Assembly (NCBI GenBank): GCA_016700135.1
Contig: CP065004.1
Coordinates: 390,001 to 422,000 of the forward strand
Reading direction: 5' to 3'
DNA length: 32,000 nucleotides
Source of the DNA: Candidatus Saccharimonadota bacterium
GTDB taxonomy: Bacteria; Patescibacteriota; Microgenomatia; UBA1406; GWC2-37-13
The notes beneath the pieces were generated by a model, which saw only the letters and a program-made list of their open reading frames with translations, ran no database searches and was not told where the DNA came from. Positions 25,731 to 32,000 of the stretch are shown one piece after another. The translations under genes and the position numbers were made by a program. Numbering within the stretch: position 1 is the stretch's first letter; each line of letters begins with the position of its first letter.

Positions 25731-26552
25731 TTATTGAATTGCGGAGATTATATAGTCTTGGAAAACAAGCCGGGAAGTTTGTAGATTAAGGTTTCGCCCT
25801 AGTTGTACCGGCTGCTCTTCACGAAAAATCAGTTCTTTATTCGGCTGTTCAATGACATGTAATTTTACTGTAACAATCACTGTATTTGTCGATTCAGAAT
25901 CATAAGGGAAATTATTACCGACTCGAATAAAAACTTCTGATGAAGGAATAATTTGCTTATCTATCACCTCGACAACTTTTTCTTCACCGTCAAAATACAT
26001 ATCGCCTACTTGAATGGCATCTACTTCCCATTTATCCGCATATTTTTTTTCCAATGTCACCAATTTCTCAACTCTTTTTTCTTCTAAAGGACTATCTGAA
26101 AGAGACATTATGGTACCGCTTAACTGTACATTAGCAAATTCAAAATCTATAGGCGTACCGACAGCTAAGGGAGCACGTTTATAGGTATATTTTTTCGTCC
26201 TCTCATTCTTCCCTGCCTTAATTTTTACATTCAGATACACGTCATACTGTTCAGTGTTCCACCAAGGATAGTACCGCACAGATTCAATCTCCAAGATCGG
26301 TTCTCCGGATATACTCGTTTCAACCATTCCTTTTTTTACTGATTGAGCAAGCCAAGCCGATGGTTTTGCCGTGCTGGCCCACCAAAGGCCTTGAGAGACT
26401 TTTACTTTTGCATATACCGTCTCATCCTTGGCAGCAAATAATTTAATAAAAACGACAAGTCCTACAAAAAAAATAATTCCGATAAAGATAACAATGGGAA
26501 TGTTCTGACGGATAACTTTTTGCAGTGCTTTCAGGAATTTGAAGGATTTCAT
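25731..26552 (-). CDS. N-terminally anchored or secreted hypothetical protein
   Basis: 273 aa. Signal/anchor IPIVIFIGIIFFVGLVVFIKLFAAKDE with an A-x-A-like site. No confident family (faintly DUF4330-like). Confidence 0.45.
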   Translation of the reverse strand: MKSFKFLKALQKVIRQNIPIVIFIGIIFFVGLVVFIKLFAAKDETVYAKVKVSQGLWWASTAKPSAWLAQSVKKGMVETSISGEPILEIESVRYYPWWNTEQYDVYLNVKIKAGKNERTKKYTYKRAPLAVGTPIDFEFANVQLSGTIMSLSDSPLEEKRVEKLVTLEKKYADKWEVDAIQVGDMYFDGEEKVVEVIDKQIIPSSEVFIRVGNNFPYDSESTNTVIVTVKLHVIEQPNKELIFREEQPVQLGRNLNLQTSRLVFQDYIISAIQ

Positions 26553-26589
26553 TACGTATCATTATACCCTACGATAAGTTGAGCGGAAA

Positions 26590-27855
26590 TTAAGATTTTA
26601 CTTTCATTCGCCGAAGTGTATTCGCAAGTTTTCCCGATATTACATCAAGGGCAAGAGATAGTACTCGGATATCAAAGATTGTGAGCAATTTTCTCATAAG
26701 CGACTCCGGAGTCAAGAATAATACACTTTTATATCGTTCAATACCTGACTCTATAGCCGTCTGATCGGTAAAAGGATCAATAGTCAAAATCTTGTTTTGA
26801 ATGTACCATGCAGCATAACCTTTCGGTTTGATCTTCTGAAAGATGTTCTCAGGAATAGCCGTCTGATAATACTCTCTGAGGAAGATGAAACACGGATAGA
26901 CAATATTCTGTATTCGATAATCTGTGATGTGATCGATAATATCATCCCATAATGCAGCTATTTCCTTCTGGTTCTTGCCTTTAAGCTCTTCATGGATGAC
27001 AAGATTCAAAAGAGCCATCCGATAGGCTCCGCGATAATTATGATGGAAGAAGTGGAGAGCCAAATATACAATCAGGTGCACCGGTGAAAGAAGCGGGTAT
27101 TTCTGACCGTCCAGAGTGATCATTCGGCATCCGTTGAGATACTCCGTTGTCATCGCATCGATATACCTTTCCGGATACAGATTTTCGGTCGGTACTTTCG
27201 CCATAAGAAAGACCGGTTCGGTGTGTACATCAAAGAGGACCGGGAAACCGTGTATCTTTTTGTAAAATGCATACTCCGGCCGGATCCCTCCGCGGGAAAA
27301 CCTGATCGGGGTCGTTTCTATGTGGAAATATCCGGCTTTCTCCAGAATTTCTTTCGTTTTCGGAAAATCACTCGGTTTCACTAATATGTCGCAATCAGAA
27401 TACAACCTTTGAGGGTTATTGTTCGTGTAATAAAGATACAACGGAAGCCCTTTCAGAAATAGAAAGGGTACGTTCTGACGCCGCAATACCCGGGTGATTG
27501 CATTTACCTCATTGAAATAGAACAATGACTGAGTACTGTAGAGATCCTGAGGGGCAAAGTAATTATTTTTACGCTTAATTCGATACACTCTGCCGATAAT
27601 GTCATCAGGGTATATTTTCCCATCCGTATGTAGATTATTATCTCCTTTTGTGACGAGATATGAGTCTCCGATATAAATAACCCTATGAGTGACATATTTC
27701 CGGTCTTTTTTTACGATAATAATGTCATTTGTTTTGATACGTCTAAATGCGACTTTCTTGTAATAAAGAATGTCATTGTTAACAAAAATCGGAGCCATGC
27801 TATTGCCGAAGGTTTTAATCGTATTTCCTTTGGATAAGTCGGGAGTGAAAGACAT
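26590..27855 (-). CDS. Fusion of an ER/archaeal-type (S26B, SipW-like) signal peptidase I with an NTP_transf_5-like nucleotidyltransferase domain
   Basis: N-terminus: FGNSMAPIFVNNDILYYKKV (Ser), YVTHRVIYIG (His), VTKGDNNLHTDG. C-part: FLFLKGLPLYLYY...RLYSDCDILVKPSDF...FDVHTEP, matching the pattern of the uncharacterised nucleotidyltransferase family. Confidence 0.6.
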   Translation of the reverse strand: MSFTPDLSKGNTIKTFGNSMAPIFVNNDILYYKKVAFRRIKTNDIIIVKKDRKYVTHRVIYIGDSYLVTKGDNNLHTDGKIYPDDIIGRVYRIKRKNNYFAPQDLYSTQSLFYFNEVNAITRVLRRQNVPFLFLKGLPLYLYYTNNNPQRLYSDCDILVKPSDFPKTKEILEKAGYFHIETTPIRFSRGGIRPEYAFYKKIHGFPVLFDVHTEPVFLMAKVPTENLYPERYIDAMTTEYLNGCRMITLDGQKYPLLSPVHLIVYLALHFFHHNYRGAYRMALLNLVIHEELKGKNQKEIAALWDDIIDHITDYRIQNIVYPCFIFLREYYQTAIPENIFQKIKPKGYAAWYIQNKILTIDPFTDQTAIESGIERYKSVLFLTPESLMRKLLTIFDIRVLSLALDVISGKLANTLRRMKVKS

Positions 27856-27856
27856 A

Positions 27857-29155
27857 TTATTTCGTAAAAAGATCCATTCCTAGGATATTGGGCGTATCAA
27901 TAATCTGTGAGGAAAGTGTACCATTATTATTTGTGTGATAAACGAGAAAGCCCGTATCCGACGCTTCCCAACCGATCTTTTTTTCCGGAAATGTACTCAT
28001 CCCTGCAGTGATAATGTTTTTACTTTGAGGAAGCACCACTGCTGCCATTGCGTTGTGTTGTCCTCCGTTTTGGACTACCGATGAGATCTTAGCAAGCTCT
28101 TTTACAGAAAAGCCCGCACCGTCCCAGGCAAGCTGATACAGTATTGACTCAGGAAATCCTGTAGCCAGAATGATACTATCACGCCCGTCCTGTTCGTAGT
28201 CGGATATGGCCAGACCTTTCATATTTTTGACTTTAGGATCGGTATAGACCTCCTTTTTCTGCCATACTCCATCGGTATACTCATAAGCGATAATTGATGA
28301 CGGAACCTCCCGAGGGCTTCCTGTCCCGACAATAATATCCTGTACTCCATTTTGATCAATATCTCCCAGTTCGATACTCCGGAATTCAAGATTGTTCGCC
28401 TGATCAATGACCTCTTTTTCCCAAACGCCTTCCTTTCTGCGGTACATCATAATAAAACTAACTTCATCCACCTCTTGAAGTTCAAGCGGCGAAGAAATTG
28501 TTGCCAGAAGCTCTAAATCTCCCCTTCCGTCAATATCTGCTGCCTTTACAATATGCACTGCTGACTGCACTATGCAGGATTCACACGGTAGATCTTCATT
28601 CGGGACTCGATGATTCTGACCGTTTTGCTCATCAAACATTGCGATATAGTTGTGTTCAATTTGTTCTTTTTGCCACTCACCTGCAACATGTTTATACATC
28701 AGGATATTCCCTTGTCCGTGAGTCGCAAGGATCACTTCATTTTCTCCATCCCGATCCATATCTGCGATCGTCAAATCTTTACAACGAAGATCGGATAAGG
28801 TATCAATCGTCTCCGTTATTTTAAGCTCAAGATCATATGATACGACATGACAACCGTACGGATCTTTGTAAAAACTGTCTCCCACACCGGCGATAATGGT
28901 ATTTTCCCCAGTATGGTAAATGTCTCCGATACGGACCGTAAATACAAATTTATATCCTGTGTCTACTCTTTTCTGCTCGATTAGGGTGTCATTCTCAGCT
29001 TTATATAGAACGATCTCTCCCGGATTGGCGGAGCCCGTTACGACATAGGTTGATTCCCTGACCTCCGTTTCAGGAATCGGATTTGTGATATTCCACCAAT
29101 AAAACCCGGCTCCGAATAGGATTATGGGAATGATTACGGAATGCCAGTATTTCAT
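27857..29155 (-). CDS. Membrane-anchored FG-GAP/VCBS-repeat beta-propeller protein
   Basis: An N-terminal TM helix and repeated Ca-binding-like loops DMDRDGENEV, DIDGRGDLEL, GDIDQNGVQDII, SDYEQDGRDSI. Confidence 0.65.
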   Translation of the reverse strand: MKYWHSVIIPIILFGAGFYWWNITNPIPETEVRESTYVVTGSANPGEIVLYKAENDTLIEQKRVDTGYKFVFTVRIGDIYHTGENTIIAGVGDSFYKDPYGCHVVSYDLELKITETIDTLSDLRCKDLTIADMDRDGENEVILATHGQGNILMYKHVAGEWQKEQIEHNYIAMFDEQNGQNHRVPNEDLPCESCIVQSAVHIVKAADIDGRGDLELLATISSPLELQEVDEVSFIMMYRRKEGVWEKEVIDQANNLEFRSIELGDIDQNGVQDIIVGTGSPREVPSSIIAYEYTDGVWQKKEVYTDPKVKNMKGLAISDYEQDGRDSIILATGFPESILYQLAWDGAGFSVKELAKISSVVQNGGQHNAMAAVVLPQSKNIITAGMSTFPEKKIGWEASDTGFLVYHTNNNGTLSSQIIDTPNILGMDLFTK

Positions 29156-29156
29156 A

Positions 29157-30599
29157 TTAATATCCTAAACTTTTCAATTCATCAATCAGAGTGCTGTTAT
29201 TTTTCGTCTCTTCCTGATATGTTTCAATATTGAGTTCTGAAATGTATTTTTGCATAGCTGTCTGTAAATCTGACACTATTTCATTTTCTATTGTAACAAG
29301 ATTGCGCTGTTCTTCCGGATCAGAAACGATATCATACAGTTCTTCCCGTTGTCCTCCGTACAGACATGCATTGGGTAATGAAAGTATATATTTGTACGAG
29401 CCTTTCATTACGGCAAACTTGGTGAGATTGTAGTTGGAAAAGAAAATGTATTCGTCGGATGCTGGTTGCGGTTGAACCTGGGTCATTTCCGGCCATAAAC
29501 TTTTTCCCGTAAACTGTTCTTTTGTATAAGGAATCTGAACAAGATCAAGAATCGTTGGGAGGATGTCAACGTTTGTTATCCGCTTCGTAAGAAACTGCTG
29601 CGCTTTTTGCACGGGATTATAGATAACAAAAGGGATGCGGACCGTTGAGTCATACAGGCTTTCACCATGGGCAAAATAATACTGATGATCAAAGCTCTCA
29701 CCGTGGTCGCCATAGTAGATAACAAGTGTATTCTCCATGAGATTGTTTTTCTCGAGTGCATCAATAATTTTACCTACCTGACGATCTGAAGATGAGATTT
29801 CAGCATCATACAAAGCTTCATATCGCTTGATTAGTTCAGCGGGAGCCTCTTCTTGTGAACAAGCATAGTATGGATTTTCAAAACTGTTTACCTCTTTAAA
29901 TTGCTGAGATTGCAATAACCCGCAATCCAAATCGCTTTGAAACATGCATCTGTTTTCCTTCGGAGGATAGTACGGACTGTGCGGGTCCATGAGGTGGATC
30001 CAGTAAAAAAATGTATCTTCTTTGTTGTCAGCAAACCAAGAGACACTTTTGTCAACGAACTCTTCATACTGTTCTCTATTCTGCTTCCATGCATTGATAT
30101 CATACTGCTCAAAAATATTAAACGAATCGAACCCTCGGCTCAAACCCGTGAAATCGTCATGAAGTATCCCCGATGTTACAAAACTAACGGTTTTATACCC
30201 GTTCTTTTGTAGAATGGCAGCAAGTGTCTCCGTGTCATTTAGACGTTCCGTGTTCGTAAATAATCCGCCCTCATCGGCGTGCTGCGGACTGGCATTAGAA
30301 AAAATACCTGTCTGTGATGGAGATTTTCCGGTAAACAGCATAGCAAATGACGGATATGTCTGAGGTATCAGTGTATACGCGTTTTGAAATACCGTCGCCT
30401 GTTTTGACAATTTTTTCAGGTGCGGATCTGTCTCTCTGTCATATCCGTAGGTTGAGAGATGATCAGGTCGGACAGTATCCACGGAAATCAGCACAATATT
30501 TAAATCGGGATGTCGCAGATCTCTGGTTTTGTACGAAAGAAACCATACGCCCGCTATAATGACGGTACTGAGTAGAAGAGCTTGAAATATAGGTCTCAT
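29157..30599 (-). CDS. Sulfatase-like (alkaline-phosphatase superfamily) hydrolase/transferase, membrane-anchored
   Basis: NIVLISVDTVRPDHLSTYGY and YYGDHGESF metal-site motifs. The nucleophile-region sequence QTYPSFAMLFTG lacks the Cys/Ser-x-Pro-x-Arg formylglycine motif, which suggests a Thr-type enzyme (LtaS/EptA-like). Confidence 0.65.
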   Translation of the reverse strand: MRPIFQALLLSTVIIAGVWFLSYKTRDLRHPDLNIVLISVDTVRPDHLSTYGYDRETDPHLKKLSKQATVFQNAYTLIPQTYPSFAMLFTGKSPSQTGIFSNASPQHADEGGLFTNTERLNDTETLAAILQKNGYKTVSFVTSGILHDDFTGLSRGFDSFNIFEQYDINAWKQNREQYEEFVDKSVSWFADNKEDTFFYWIHLMDPHSPYYPPKENRCMFQSDLDCGLLQSQQFKEVNSFENPYYACSQEEAPAELIKRYEALYDAEISSSDRQVGKIIDALEKNNLMENTLVIYYGDHGESFDHQYYFAHGESLYDSTVRIPFVIYNPVQKAQQFLTKRITNVDILPTILDLVQIPYTKEQFTGKSLWPEMTQVQPQPASDEYIFFSNYNLTKFAVMKGSYKYILSLPNACLYGGQREELYDIVSDPEEQRNLVTIENEIVSDLQTAMQKYISELNIETYQEETKNNSTLIDELKSLGY

Positions 30600-30657
30600 A
30601 AGTGATCGTTATATATAATATACTAGCTCCAAAGCATGTGTCACATTTTTCATACCT

Positions 30658-31938
30658 ATGCGGGATCTTAAAACGACTACAATCGAAACACTTACTAGGC
30701 TGCAAGACATAGACATCATTGAGAGAATAGATAATTATTCCGAGCGTTTCTATGATGAGCCAAGGCACTTTTACTTTGGGACTGTGTTATCTTCTGATTA
30801 TGAAAAAATTCTGAGGAAGGATTACTTTTATCATTCCGAACAGTCAATCGGAGTGGGAATATCTTTTGAATCACCCTATCATGCACTTTTAAAATCAATA
30901 ATGGAAGCGGTTGAGCGTTTTTCTCAAAGATCCGTCCCTACTGATCGGATACGGTACCGAACTCTATCTGTCTCCGAACAAAAGGCTTCAATTTTTTTCC
31001 AATCTGAAGACTTAAACTTTAAACTCAAGCCGTTACAATTCGGCTTTGTGGAAGGAATGGATATGATTACAGGACAACCTGCGGAGGTCCCTGCACAATA
31101 CGTATACCTGGAGTCGTACCATAAACTGACAAATCATACTGAAACACTTTTTACCCCGGATATTTCCACCGGTACTGCGGCCGGTTTTGATGAAGAAAAG
31201 GTCCTCATGACCGGTATTTGTGAGATTGTAGAACGGGATGCTCTCATGTCACTTTACCTCAACTCGGTACCTTTGCATCCGATAGATACGCGAAGTTTAC
31301 CGTTTCAAAAGATAAAAAGGATAATAAATCTCTGCAGAAGATATCTCCTGACGCCGTATATTTTCATCATACAGACCGATTTACAGATTCCTGTCGCTAT
31401 GACAATACTGGTAGACAAGACGGGGTACGGAGCCGCTGTTTCAGTGGGTGGGGGATGCTCACCCGAGATTGAAAGTGCTATTATTCACAGTATTGAAGAG
31501 TCGCTGGCATTCCGATTTCTCATAAAACGGAAAATGAATGAGCTACGTACGACCGAATTCAATATAAAGCAAAGCGAAATTATCGACAATACATATATGC
31601 AAATGTACTGGAGCGCTTTGGATAAGATTAATGAATTATCGTTCTGGATTGATCAAGATCCTCTTCCCTATCAACATCCCGATAATCCGATACAAAAGCT
31701 CTCCGATTTTGTCTCTTTGTGTAAGAAAAGAAAGATTCCTCTGTATAATGTAAATATCACTCCAAAGCCTTTGCAAGATGCAGGAATAGTGGTGCGAAGA
31801 GCTGTTATGCCTACGCTTCAGCCATTTTATGATGATCGGACTAAACCATTTATTTATAAAAAGAGGATAGAGACGGTATCAAAAAAATTTAATAAACACA
31901 CCTATACCTTAAATCCCATTCCCCATCCGATACCATGA
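30658..31938 (+). CDS. YcaO-family cyclodehydratase-type protein with a PxPxP C-terminus
   Basis: SIGVGISFESPYHALLKSIMEAVERFS and STGTAAGFDEEKVLMTGICEIVERDALM motifs. The C-terminus is ...LNPIPHPIP*. Confidence 0.8.
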   Translation: MRDLKTTTIETLTRLQDIDIIERIDNYSERFYDEPRHFYFGTVLSSDYEKILRKDYFYHSEQSIGVGISFESPYHALLKSIMEAVERFSQRSVPTDRIRYRTLSVSEQKASIFFQSEDLNFKLKPLQFGFVEGMDMITGQPAEVPAQYVYLESYHKLTNHTETLFTPDISTGTAAGFDEEKVLMTGICEIVERDALMSLYLNSVPLHPIDTRSLPFQKIKRIINLCRRYLLTPYIFIIQTDLQIPVAMTILVDKTGYGAAVSVGGGCSPEIESAIIHSIEESLAFRFLIKRKMNELRTTEFNIKQSEIIDNTYMQMYWSALDKINELSFWIDQDPLPYQHPDNPIQKLSDFVSLCKKRKIPLYNVNITPKPLQDAGIVVRRAVMPTLQPFYDDRTKPFIYKKRIETVSKKFNKHTYTLNPIPHPIP

Positions 31939-32000
31939 AAAAAATTGATATAAAAGAGCTCACTCAGACAAGAAGTCATGCGTACCAAAGATTTCATAAG
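31935..32000 (+). CDS. 5' end of a CDS translationally coupled to ycaO (product unknown, runs off the window)
   Basis: The ATG at 31935 overlaps the YcaO TGA (ATGA). The open reading MKKIDIKELTQTRSHAYQRFHK continues to the window end. Confidence 0.4.
   Translation, partial: MKKIDIKELTQTRSHAYQRFHK

Noticed and set aside
30636-30671. An 11-codon ORF (MCHIFHTYAGS) as a YcaO precursor peptide
   Set aside because: It is too short, overlaps the YcaO start codon, and has no leader/core organisation.
1-32000. CRISPR arrays, rRNA genes and alternative UGA recoding
   Set aside because: I saw no regularly spaced repeats longer than 20 bp and no rRNA-like conserved blocks. TGA ends several well-supported genes (SIR2-like, sugar transferase, YcaO), so code 11 fits.

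Overview
Bacterial window with very tight gene packing, including several overlapping stop and start codons. It may come from a small-genome uncultivated lineage such as Patescibacteria/CPR, but that is inference only. The standard genetic code applies, since TGA acts as a stop in well-supported genes. The window has three parts. (1) 1-1880 holds core genes: the end of an unknown CDS, a SAM-methyltransferase and an HD hydrolase. (2) 1879-12986 is an AT-richer integrative island of about 11.1 kb. A large serine recombinase inserted it at the very 3' (CCA) end of the tmRNA gene. Its cargo is a short SIR2-like gene, an IetA/IetS-like AAA-ATPase plus S8-protease defence pair, a TerS-like gene, an XRE switch region, a divergent operon of a receiver-only protein with small membrane proteins, and two wHTH proteins. 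The S8 protease gene is broken by a 717-bp IS1595-family element and by a frameshift in an A8 run. (3) 12983-32000 is core again. It holds ssrA-smpB, an SPFH/NfeD pair and a surface-glycan cluster (PglC-like transferase, carbamoyltransferase with DUF5989/SxtJ-like peptides, two tandem SGNH paralogs, GT2, GT4, O-antigen-ligase-like protein). It also holds a Tat-signal GH10 enzyme, an envelope operon with an S26B signal-peptidase/nucleotidyltransferase fusion plus FG-GAP and sulfatase-like proteins, and the start of a YcaO (PxPxP tail) RiPP-type locus cut by the window edge. I saw no rRNA, canonical tRNA or CRISPR array. All family calls come from motifs read by eye; no searches were run.
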